Both the position numbers and the translations under genes were made by a program. From Limisphaerales bacterium (GTDB lineage Bacteria > Verrucomicrobiota > Verrucomicrobiia > Limisphaerales > JAEYXS01), in NCBI GenBank assembly GCA_965283725.1, contig CBDIPT010000009.1:96938-160937 (forward strand): a DNA stretch of 64,000 nt, given 5' to 3'. A model generated the notes under the pieces. The model was not told the origin of the DNA, searched no databases, and saw only the letters and a program-made list of their open reading frames with translations. The number at the start of each line of letters is the position of its first letter. Position 1 is the stretch's first letter. Positions 39,196-47,920 of this stretch are shown here, piece by piece.

Positions 39196-40371
39196 TTAAG
39201 AAAGAAAAGAGGTCACCGCAGAGGCTACCCGCTGGCTGGCACCTTCCAAGGGAAGTTCGTGCCGGGGAACGGCTTTCAACGCGGTCCAGTCCCGGGCGGC
39301 AAGGCGGGAGCAGATGGCCGGAATGCCTTCCGGCGTAAAGACGCCCAGGGTGTAACCCAAGGTATTCGACATGCAGGGGTCGGGTTCGCCACTGGTCGGG
39401 AGGCCGGGTTCCAGACTGATCGAGGGCTTGCCCGCCAAGGCTCCTTGGAGCAGGGCAATGGTCATCATGCCCACGACGGCATCGGAGGCGGTGATCCAAT
39501 CGAGCGAAGAACCGCTGCGAGTGATGCGTGCCCGCAGATGCTTTAACTGGGCATGGGCGAGAATGGTTTGCAGCACTTCATCATGCTCCGAGGGGTGCGG
39601 GCGGATCACCAGTTCGGCTGTTCTGCCGACCTGAGCCAGAGCGTTATCCAGTTCGCGCAGGAAAACCGGCAGGACATCCTCGACGGTGTAGCCGTAAAGT
39701 CCTGTTCCATCGGGTTTCATGACGGCTCCGGGACCACTGTAAAAGGCGTGGTTCGGGCCGTTGAAAAACGGATCGGAGAAGAAGGTGATCAAGAGCGCAC
39801 TCGAAGGGATCTGCTCTTGAGCCCGCCACTGCAAGGCGTTTTCGGGAGGTTGCTGACGGAGTTGGCGGATGGTCCGTTCCATGTCCGGGTGACCAGTGAG
39901 GATCACGTCGTTGAAGCCGGCGCGCTGCATCTCTTGCTGCGTCAGGGTGTCGATGGCGCAGACCTTATCCGGCGGACTGAAGCTGAGTGCGCCGTTCAGA
40001 TTGCGCTCGAAACGTTCGCGGTAGTTGAACCACGAATCCAGCAGAGCCACGATGGGGATATGCTGAGCACGGGCGGCAAGGCGGGCGGTGTGTTCGATCT
40101 GGTTATAAAGCCCGGCGGCGGAGAGAAGCACACGGCAGTGTGAATCTTTGAGCATTTGCCCGATGGCAGCTTCAGACGAATCATCTGCGATGGCTAGGAC
40201 TTGGCTGAAATTTGCATCAGGTGACCACAGGGATACAGCGGGGCCGGCGGCCAAGCCGATGATGGAGTGGCCTTGAGCTTTCAACTCCGCGACCACCGGG
40301 AGCAGGGCGCGAGCACCACCGGCGTCGTGAGCGACGGCCACGATGGACCCGGCTGGTCGCGAGGGGCTCAT
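39196..40371 (-). CDS. uncharacterised GT-B-like protein with HP motif (second copy of the architecture)
   Basis: 'IVAVAHDAGGARAL', 'VILTGHPDME' and 'AELVIRPHPSEHDE' (His codon 39595-39597). Confidence 0.4.
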   Translation of the reverse strand: MSPSRPAGSIVAVAHDAGGARALLPVVAELKAQGHSIIGLAAGPAVSLWSPDANFSQVLAIADDSSEAAIGQMLKDSHCRVLLSAAGLYNQIEHTARLAARAQHIPIVALLDSWFNYRERFERNLNGALSFSPPDKVCAIDTLTQQEMQRAGFNDVILTGHPDMERTIRQLRQQPPENALQWRAQEQIPSSALLITFFSDPFFNGPNHAFYSGPGAVMKPDGTGLYGYTVEDVLPVFLRELDNALAQVGRTAELVIRPHPSEHDEVLQTILAHAQLKHLRARITRSGSSLDWITASDAVVGMMTIALLQGALAGKPSISLEPGLPTSGEPDPCMSNTLGYTLGVFTPEGIPAICSRLAARDWTALKAVPRHELPLEGASQRVASAVTSFLS

Positions 40372-41663
40372 CCGCGCAGTTCGTGCCGGTTTTCGTAAAC
40401 CTTCGTGAACGCATCGGCCACGTCTTGCATATCCGCCGTCGTGCAGGGCGGACGCATGAACTCAGTGCCGATGATGCGCGTCTCGATCGATTCCGTCACC
40501 GGGCAGATGCCGCGGCTATAGTTCACCGTGCCCTTATATTCCGGGCACTTGAACGGATACCCTTTACCGAAGGCGACTTGCTGCTGATACATTGGCAACA
40601 GGTAAAGCGGGTTCAAATATCCAGCGTAGACCAAGGACCATTCACGGTCCGCCGCCAAGGGTAGTTCCTTATCCACGGCTTCCACAAAACGATCGCGCGG
40701 GATGCCAACCACCGAGGCGTCATAGAGGAACGGTTGGACGTAATAGGCGTGGGTGCAGCCGGGCTTTACTACGGGCGCGCGCAGACCGGGCAGCTTGCCG
40801 ATGGTGTTGTTCAGGTGGTTCGCATTGGCAATGCGTTGCTCCAGCAGCACGGGCAGTTTCTTCAACTGTTCGATGCCGATGGCGGCAGTGATCTCCGTCA
40901 TGCGCAGATTGAAGCCGAACGTATTGACGAGATTCTTCACGCCCTTGTCAGCTACGACCGCTTCACCGTGGTTGCGGATCAACTGGAGACGTTCGGCGAA
41001 ATCATCGCTATTTGTCGTGACCACGCCACCTTCACCCGTGTGAATGTGCTTGTGGTAATTCAGGCTGAATATCGTCATGTCGCCCAAGCCACCGACCTTG
41101 CGACCATTGTAAAGAGCGCCCGGGGCTTGCGCGGCGTCTTCGATGAGCACGAGGTTATGCTCCTTGGCGATGGCGAGCAGTTCATCCATGCGCGCCGGAT
41201 GGCCGAAGATGTGCACGACCATGATGGCCTTGGTGCGTGGCGTGATGCAGCGGCGAACGGATTCGGGATCAAGGCAGAACGTCTCCGGCTCGATGTCCGC
41301 AAAAACAGGGATGCCGTTGTAAGCGATGATCGACGTGGCCGAGGCGGCCATGGTGTATGGCGAGACAATGACTTCATCGCCGGGACCCACACCGGCAGCA
41401 CCGATGGCGGCGACGAGGCCGGAGGTGTTCGAGTTGATGGCTACGGCGTGTTTCGTGCCGACGAACTCTGCCCACATGCGCTCGAGTTGCTGGACTTTTG
41501 GGCCGCCGAAAAAGTCTTTGTGCCAACAGCCGATGTATTGGGAGAGGTTGCCGCTATCGAGCACCTCGTTCACCGCGCGCTTCTCTTCCGCGCCGATAAA
41601 GTTATGCGGCGGAAAGATCTTGGTGCGGACCGGTGATCCGCCGTGAATGGCCAGCTTGCTCAT
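40368..41663 (-). CDS. DegT/DnrJ/EryC1/StrS family PLP-dependent sugar aminotransferase
   Basis: 'VIVSPYTMAASA', 'LIEDAAQAPGA' and 'FSLNYHKHIHTGEGG' (PLP-binding Lys). Confidence 0.85.
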   Translation of the reverse strand: MSKLAIHGGSPVRTKIFPPHNFIGAEEKRAVNEVLDSGNLSQYIGCWHKDFFGGPKVQQLERMWAEFVGTKHAVAINSNTSGLVAAIGAAGVGPGDEVIVSPYTMAASATSIIAYNGIPVFADIEPETFCLDPESVRRCITPRTKAIMVVHIFGHPARMDELLAIAKEHNLVLIEDAAQAPGALYNGRKVGGLGDMTIFSLNYHKHIHTGEGGVVTTNSDDFAERLQLIRNHGEAVVADKGVKNLVNTFGFNLRMTEITAAIGIEQLKKLPVLLEQRIANANHLNNTIGKLPGLRAPVVKPGCTHAYYVQPFLYDASVVGIPRDRFVEAVDKELPLAADREWSLVYAGYLNPLYLLPMYQQQVAFGKGYPFKCPEYKGTVNYSRGICPVTESIETRIIGTEFMRPPCTTADMQDVADAFTKVYENRHELRG

Positions 41664-42637
41664 CGTGATTTGTGCCCGTGGTTGCCGGGTTGCATTTGAG
41701 AGTAGAATCTATGCAGAAATTGCTGCCGGTCCAATTCCATTTCCAGATGTTCGGTGGCAGCAGCCGTGGAACGCGCAATCTTTTGCAGATGCTGCATCGC
41801 GTAAAGGAGCAGGGGCTCCTTCTCCATAGGCCAGGAAATACGGGGCTGTAAGCCCTGAAAACCGGGGAAATTGGGGTGTTCCTGCGGGGCGCTCAAGATG
41901 AGTTGCTCCGGTATGCCGGTGAATTCCACACGCCCCAGATCGGTCTCCACGCGAACTTCCCAGACGTAACATTCTTTTTGCGTTGCCGAAGTCAGGAAGA
42001 GGTCGATATCACCGGATTTGTTCACTAGGCGAAACCATTTATGGGTGAGCGATTGCTGAACGCACACGACACGTTGCACGGGCGGGCACCAACCAGCGAT
42101 CAAATCCAAGGCGTGACTGCCATTGTGCAGCAAGCCGCCGGAGCAGGTGATCTCCACGCGCAAGATGTGGCCGAGCTTGTCTTGCTGCAACCATTTGCCC
42201 GTCTGTTGCACACCGGGATGCCAACGACGCGGGTAATTGACCATCACCGGCACGCTGAGTTTGCGCGCCTGTTTCAGCCATTTGATGGCCGACGTGCTGT
42301 CTTCCCCAAGCGGCTTCTCGACGAGGATCGCCTTGGGTTTGATAGGCAACAACGCTTGCAGATCGGTCAAGTGCTGGTCGTCCGGGGTGGCGATGCAGAA
42401 GATGTCCCAATCCTGCTTGAGCCAGGTTTTGAAATCGCGCGAGGTCTCCGGGCAAGACCACTTTTTCTCAGCAGCGATGGTGCGCTGAACATCCTTGTCG
42501 TAGAAACCGCCCAGTTCCAGACCCGCGCATTCACGCACGGCATGGGCGAGCGTGAGAATCTGGTTGCTGCGCGGATTATCAAAGCCTTGGGCGATGCGTC
42601 CGGCCCCAAGGATGCCTACTTTAAAAGGCCGTTTCAT
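41660..42637 (-). CDS. Gfo/Idh/MocA family oxidoreductase
   Basis: 'FKVGILGAGRIAQGF' and 'KAILVEKPL'. Its ATG overlaps the upstream stop codon (ATGA at 42634-42637). Confidence 0.8.
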   Translation of the reverse strand: MKRPFKVGILGAGRIAQGFDNPRSNQILTLAHAVRECAGLELGGFYDKDVQRTIAAEKKWSCPETSRDFKTWLKQDWDIFCIATPDDQHLTDLQALLPIKPKAILVEKPLGEDSTSAIKWLKQARKLSVPVMVNYPRRWHPGVQQTGKWLQQDKLGHILRVEITCSGGLLHNGSHALDLIAGWCPPVQRVVCVQQSLTHKWFRLVNKSGDIDLFLTSATQKECYVWEVRVETDLGRVEFTGIPEQLILSAPQEHPNFPGFQGLQPRISWPMEKEPLLLYAMQHLQKIARSTAAATEHLEMELDRQQFLHRFYSQMQPGNHGHKSR

Positions 42638-43398
42638 TTGCTGCCCCAACCGGGGCGATGACTCAGGCTGCGGTTATGGAGTTCGGGATTCGCACGAATC
42701 CATGCGACAAGTTCACCAGCACCGAAATAAGGGTTCGCCGGGCTCAGGGCTTCGTGGGCGGCTTTGATGAGTTCGTAATCCTCGCGATAATCGAGCGAAA
42801 TCCACTGGCCTGCCGTGCCGACAGTGCTGGCATGCGTCACGAACTTGGGACGCCAACGATTGCCGGATTCAGGACGATAGAAGCCATAGGAAACATGTTC
42901 GCGATCGGCGGGGTCCACCGCTTCGCGGTCCAGTTGCAGCAGGGCACTGGCTTGAAAAACTTGCACATCCAAGCCCGCTGGCACGCTGCGCTTTGGATCG
43001 GAATTGCTGACGTAAACGGTGTCGCGTTCAGCCGCGAAAGCATCGAGGCATTCGTTCACGATGGCGGGGTCCGCGAGCGGGCAATCGCCAGTGACCTCCA
43101 CGCAGATGTCCGCGTGATGCGTATAGAGGCAATCAGCGACGCGCTTGAGCACGTCTTCTTCGCTGCCGCGAAATGAGGAGACGCCGATCTTGGCCGCCAG
43201 TTCCACGATCGCGTTGTCCGTGGCGTTCACGGTGGTCGCGATGACGATCTCATCGAGGCGTTCCACTTGCTTGAGGCGTTCACAGAGGATTTGCAGCAAG
43301 GGCTTGCCACCCGCCAGCATCAGCACCTTGCCCGGAAGACGGGAGGAGGTCATGCGGGCTTCTACCACGGCGACTACTTTCTTTCCGGCGATAGCCAT
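42634..43398 (-). CDS. SpsF-type cytidylyltransferase (CTP_transf_3-like)
   Basis: 'VVAVVEARMTSSRLPGKVL'. Confidence 0.75.
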   Translation of the reverse strand: MAIAGKKVVAVVEARMTSSRLPGKVLMLAGGKPLLQILCERLKQVERLDEIVIATTVNATDNAIVELAAKIGVSSFRGSEEDVLKRVADCLYTHHADICVEVTGDCPLADPAIVNECLDAFAAERDTVYVSNSDPKRSVPAGLDVQVFQASALLQLDREAVDPADREHVSYGFYRPESGNRWRPKFVTHASTVGTAGQWISLDYREDYELIKAAHEALSPANPYFGAGELVAWIRANPELHNRSLSHRPGWGSK

Positions 43399-43408
43399 AG
43401 GGATGAAA

Positions 43409-44029
43409 TCAAACGGGAGCGTATTCGAGGAAGTTCTTCAACAAAGCGAAACCGGGCTTGGAGCTTTTCTCCGGGTGGAATTGCGCGCCGAGCACATTGC
43501 CAGATTCCACGGCGGAAACAACGACGCCACAGTAAGGCGTGGTTCCAGCGATCTCAGCCGGATCACCGCCGCAGAGGTGGTAGCTGTGAACGAAATAGAA
43601 ATCCGTGCGATCCGGGATGCCAAGGAAAAGCTGGCTGTTGTTGCGGCTGGTCACTTCGTTCCAGCCCACATGCGGGATGCGTTCGTTGTTCAGCGGCAGC
43701 ATCAATTTCACTTCGCCCTTGATGAGGCCTAGCCCAGGTGTTTCGCCGCCTTCGTAGCCTTTTTCCGCGAGCAATTGCATGCCTAAGCAAATGCCGAGGA
43801 GAGCCACGTTTTTATTGGTCAGAAGATCGTTCAGCTTCTGCGGCCAACCGCCAGCATGAAGGTTCTCCATGCCTTTGGCGAAGGAGCCGACACCGGGCAA
43901 CACGATACGTTCGGCGTGGTCCAACTCATCCGGCGTCTCGGCGATCATCGCGTTGGCACCGCATTCCTCGAAGGCCCGGCGGACCGAGGCCAGATTGCCC
44001 ATGCCGTAGTTGATGATCGCGACGTTCAC
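43409..44029 (-). CDS. hisH: glutamine amidotransferase subunit paralog (HisH-like, glycan-cluster type)
   Basis: 'LPGVGSF', 'LGICLGMQLL' (catalytic Cys), 'HVGWN' and 'QFHPEKS'. Confidence 0.9.
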   Translation of the reverse strand: MNVAIINYGMGNLASVRRAFEECGANAMIAETPDELDHAERIVLPGVGSFAKGMENLHAGGWPQKLNDLLTNKNVALLGICLGMQLLAEKGYEGGETPGLGLIKGEVKLMLPLNNERIPHVGWNEVTSRNNSQLFLGIPDRTDFYFVHSYHLCGGDPAEIAGTTPYCGVVVSAVESGNVLGAQFHPEKSSKPGFALLKNFLEYAPV

Positions 44030-44035
44030 CCGGAA

Positions 44036-45204
44036 TTAAGCCGCCGTCTGCAGACCAAGGTTGTCGTAGTTCACCTTGGTGAGATTGCCATGCTTGTCTT
44101 TCAACAGATTGCCGCGAGCGTCCTTGACGAACAATTTCTTGTTCGTGAAGCGGTCGCAAATCTTGATGAATTCATCCACTGTGAGGTCCAACGGTTCGAG
44201 GATCTGTTCGAGCGGCTTGCCCAGATACGTCCACGGGAACTTGCCATCGTGGCGGCGGACCATCTCGATCGCGTCCTGCCGGGTAATGCGGCCACGACGC
44301 AGGTGCAGGCACGCGAGATCGGTGGCGCGACCGAAGCCGAACTTCAGGAACTTAAAGTAATCGTGGATACCCGTCTGGTGGTTGTCGATGTTCTCGTAGT
44401 TCACCACGGAACCCTCGATGGGATGCGGGTGACTTTCGAAGCCATTGGCAACGGCGATCAGTGTGTTCGCCAGGCCATCCCAAGGAATATAGTGGCCGAG
44501 GAAAAGGCCGGTCACGCCGACGCGCTGTAACTCTTCATCACTCGGATAATTGTAAGGGATGAGGTCTTTGCTGGCGAGTCCTTCAACGCCGATCAAATCA
44601 CTCACGCGCAAGCCCAGCAGGCCGCCGAATTCCTCGAGCCAGCGGCGGTCGAGCACGTTGTTATCCGCAGCGGCCGCAGGTCCGCCGTATCGTTCTGTGA
44701 ATTCTCACCCCAGATGAGCAGGGGAACGTTGTATTGTACCGCAGCACGGACGGGGATGGTGAAAATGCCCACATGCTCCGGCCAAGAGATATCGCCGACC
44801 TGTTGTAGGCCGATGCGGTTCAGCTTCGCGCGGACCAGCGGATTCGGCGAGAACTCGACGTAATCCACGCCGAGCTTTTTGATGTTCTGGATGTTGCGCC
44901 GGCCGACCTCCGAGAGATCGCACGTCGTGGCAGTGACGCACAGCGGATTCATGCCCAACTGGAGCATGCGCACGACCTGAAACGTGCTGTCCTTGCCGCC
45001 ACTGACGGGGACGATGCAGTCCCAGTGGCTGCCGCTGGTGTTGCGGTAGCGGGCGAGCAATTCTTCGAGTTGTTTGCGGCGCAGATCCCAATCTACGACC
45101 TTGCGCTTTTCAAAGGAACGACAGGCGTTGCATACGCCTTCCTCATCCAGCTTCAAATCCGGCTTGGTGTCCGGCATCACACAATTTGTGCAATAACGCA
45201 GCAT
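44036..45204 (-). pseudogene. N-acetyl sugar amidotransferase (WbpG/PseA/WbuX family, PP-loop) with one frameshift
   Basis: ORFs 44602-45204 ('CTNCVMPDTKP...CNAC', PP-loop 'VPVSGGKDS') and 44036-44656. Adding 1 nt near 44689-44693 gives 'IWGENSQNEYGGPAAAADNNVLDRRWLEEFGG'. Confidence 0.85.
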
Positions 45205-45261
45205 AGATTCCTTCGATTGACCGACAAAGGCTAAGTTTTTTCCAGCAAGAACCAGGTGATG

Positions 45262-45903
45262 TCATCGGGGGAAGTTCGGGTCGCCATGGTAAGCGAAACC
45301 GTAATCTACCAACTTCAGACTCGGATGCCGCTTGAGCAGCTCTCCGGCAAAATCACGTTTGAACAGGCGATCCGTGTGACCGCGATACGGGATGGCTACG
45401 GGTGACGGATTGTAATACTCCGCCACGCAAATGTAACGCTGGCTGGCCGCGAACATCAGATCGTAAACATCAGGCAGCTTCTCCGGGTTAATGTGGATGA
45501 GCACGCCCTTGATGAAAACGAGATCGGACTTCTGCGGTGGCTTAAAATCCAAGATCGACGCGTGATGAACCGTGGTGCCTTCGATCTGTTGCAGTTCCTT
45601 GATCGCCTTTTGGTTGATCTCTACGGCGGCGAGTTTCGCCGCGGGCAGGAGCAGGCGGAGGGCGCGCAGGTTCAGGCCGATGTTCGCACCCAGCTCCAGC
45701 ACGGACTGCACGTTGCGCGTGCGGTCCAGGATCTTGGCGAAAAGGGCGAGGTTGCTGGCGACCCACTGGGCACCGCGGTTACGGGCCGTGTATTCGTCAC
45801 CAAATTCGCCTGCCCAAAATGATTCTTGTTCCGTCGCGAAGGCAGCTTTGCCCGCAGCGCGGCGCACGGGTTTTTTAGTTCCCGAGCTTTTTCTGTTCGA
45901 CAT
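45262..45903 (-). CDS. pseudaminic-acid-biosynthesis-associated methylase family protein
   Basis: 'FWAGEFGDEYTARN' and 'VLELGANIGLNLRAL'. The family is typically embedded in Pse/Leg clusters. Confidence 0.7.
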   Translation of the reverse strand: MSNRKSSGTKKPVRRAAGKAAFATEQESFWAGEFGDEYTARNRGAQWVASNLALFAKILDRTRNVQSVLELGANIGLNLRALRLLLPAAKLAAVEINQKAIKELQQIEGTTVHHASILDFKPPQKSDLVFIKGVLIHINPEKLPDVYDLMFAASQRYICVAEYYNPSPVAIPYRGHTDRLFKRDFAGELLKRHPSLKLVDYGFAYHGDPNFPR

Positions 45904-46621
45904 GGGCGTTGAGATTGTTCAATTCCGGGCGCGTTTTCAATAACTTCACGATATCTTCCGTACGAAACAGCAGGTGAGGCTGCCAAAGCGCCGCGTAAAC
46001 AGCTTCCACCAACTGCCAGTCTTCCGGGGTGTCCAAAGTCCAGCGATAGCAAGAAAGGTCCACCTTTCCCGCGTAGGAACGGAGCCGGAAACGCTCCGGG
46101 TGCTGGTAAAAGAACGGGGTCACATGCTCGCGTTCAGGCTGTTTGGTGGCTTCCCAGTGAGCCGTCGCCAAACCCGCAAAGGTGAACACTTCGGCATCCA
46201 GGCCGCGCGGATACGTCCGTTCGAGCACATTGCTCATGTAATCGATCGTCGGGCCGGGCTGGTTGGCCTCGGCAAAGACCGCCAGCATGTCATCCAAGAG
46301 CCAGCCATCGAACATCGGACAATCTGATGTTATACGTACAACTGTCTCTGCTTCAGCTTGTTGCGCGGTGTGGAAGTAGCGGGAAAGAACGTCTGATTCG
46401 CTGCCGCGATAAGCCGGAACACCCAGCCGCGCACACTCTTCCACGATAGCCATGTCTTCTGGGGCTTCCGTGGTCGCGACCCAGACGCTATCCAAACGTT
46501 TCGCCACTTTTACACGCTCAATAACGTGTGCGAGGACGGTTTGGTTACAAAGTTTCCGTAAAACTTTGCCGGGTAACCGCGAGGACCCCATACGGGCTTG
46601 AATGATGGCGACAGTCTTCAT
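45875..46621 (-). CDS. SpsF-type cytidylyltransferase (second copy)
   Basis: Internal ATG at 46621: 'MKTVAIIQARMGSSRLPGKVL'. The upstream 184 codons of ORF 45875-47173 overlap pseI and are rejected. The 3' end overlaps the methylase start by 29 nt. Confidence 0.75.
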   Translation of the reverse strand: MKTVAIIQARMGSSRLPGKVLRKLCNQTVLAHVIERVKVAKRLDSVWVATTEAPEDMAIVEECARLGVPAYRGSESDVLSRYFHTAQQAEAETVVRITSDCPMFDGWLLDDMLAVFAEANQPGPTIDYMSNVLERTYPRGLDAEVFTFAGLATAHWEATKQPEREHVTPFFYQHPERFRLRSYAGKVDLSCYRWTLDTPEDWQLVEAVYAALWQPHLLFRTEDIVKLLKTRPELNNLNAHVEQKKLGN

Positions 46622-46647
46622 GCGTTGAGATGGCAGGCAAAAAATGC

Positions 46648-47703
46648 TTACCGAGCGATCAATTCCCAAGCCAGCGGGGTACCGGCTTGGATATTCTTCG
46701 CTGCTTTTTGGCCCAGTGCTTCGGCCAGGTGCCGCGTATGCAGGCCATGTCCTGGGCGGATCGAACGCACATTCTTCGGGGTGAACGGTTCTCCCGCCTG
46801 CATATCCGCCACCACGAAGAGGGAGCGCCGGAACTGGCGACTCTTGCTCTCGTTCGCACTGACTTCGTAGTTCACCTTGCCGAGTGCGCGTTCCGTGACG
46901 CGGATGGCCTCGACCATCGCCTTGAACTCCTGCGGTTCGAGCGAAAAGGTGGAGTCTGGTCCTGGCACCTTGCGATCCAGCGTGAAATGTTTCTCCACGA
47001 TGCATGCGCCGAGCGCTACCGCGGCCACGGGAACCGTGTGGCCCATGGTATGATCCGAGAGACCCGCCGGCACATCGAAGCGTTTGCTGATGTCGGGAAT
47101 CGTGACCAAGTTCATTTCCTCCGGCAGGGCGGGGTAGGCGCTGGTGCACTTCAGGAGCGCCAGTTGCGTGCAACCACCCGAGCGCAAAGTCCGCACCGCT
47201 TCCGCGATCTCCTCCTGCGTGGCCATGCCCGTGGAGGCGATCACCGGTTTCTTTGTCGCGGCGATTTTCTTCAGCAAGGGGATGTCCACCAATTCAAACG
47301 AAGCGACCTTGTGCACGGGCACAGCCATCGCTTCGAGGAAATCCACCGCCGAATCATCGAACGGCGTGGAAAAGAAATCCATGCCCAGCTCTTCGGTGAT
47401 GGCCTGGAGTTTCGGCTGCCAGTCCCAAGGCATGTAGGCTTCCTGGTAGAGATCGTGCAACGTGCGGCCATCCCACAGCGTGCCGCCGCCGATGCGGAAA
47501 TACTCGTTATCGCACGGGATGGTGAGCGTGTCCGCCGTGTAGGTCTGCACCTTCACCGCGTCTGCGCCGGATTCCTTCATCGCCCGGATGATGCGCACCG
47601 CCTGATCGAAATCCTGCCCATGATTCGCCGAAAGCTCGGCGATGACATAGACCGGATGTCCCGGCCCGACGCGACGCTGACCAATGACCAATTCGTTGCT
47701 CAT
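46648..47703 (-). CDS. pseI: pseudaminic acid synthase-like nonulosonate synthase (NeuB family with C-terminal SAF domain)
   Basis: 'VIAELSANHGQD', 'GTLWDGRTLHDLYQEAYMPWDW', 'KCTSAYP', 'GLSDHT' and the C-terminal 'RRSLFVVADMQAGEPFTPKNVRSIRPGHGL'. The start is an internal ATG at 47703. Confidence 0.85.
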   Translation of the reverse strand: MSNELVIGQRRVGPGHPVYVIAELSANHGQDFDQAVRIIRAMKESGADAVKVQTYTADTLTIPCDNEYFRIGGGTLWDGRTLHDLYQEAYMPWDWQPKLQAITEELGMDFFSTPFDDSAVDFLEAMAVPVHKVASFELVDIPLLKKIAATKKPVIASTGMATQEEIAEAVRTLRSGGCTQLALLKCTSAYPALPEEMNLVTIPDISKRFDVPAGLSDHTMGHTVPVAAVALGACIVEKHFTLDRKVPGPDSTFSLEPQEFKAMVEAIRVTERALGKVNYEVSANESKSRQFRRSLFVVADMQAGEPFTPKNVRSIRPGHGLHTRHLAEALGQKAAKNIQAGTPLAWELIAR

Positions 47704-47920
47704 TTCGTAATGAACAAAGGTTGCCTCAATGCGGATAAAAAGACGAAACAATTTCGTGCCGGGGGCAAGTGGCGAGATGAGGTGTTCAGGTAAGCGGAAG
47801 GTGACTCGTGTCTTGAATGACGCGAAGTATCATCGCGCCGGGGCGGAGACCGGCACTCCTGTTCCGTAAAAGCCTTTCATGGATTTTGAGGTGAAAAAGA
47901 TAATGAGGGCGGCCGAGTAT

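Noticed and set aside
37811-44029. Interpreting hisF and hisH as histidine-biosynthesis genes.
   Set aside because: They are separated from each other, no other his genes are present, and they sit beside a WbpG/PseA-type amidotransferase. This matches the glycan-cluster paralogs (hisH2/hisF2-type) that supply ammonia for acetamidino formation.
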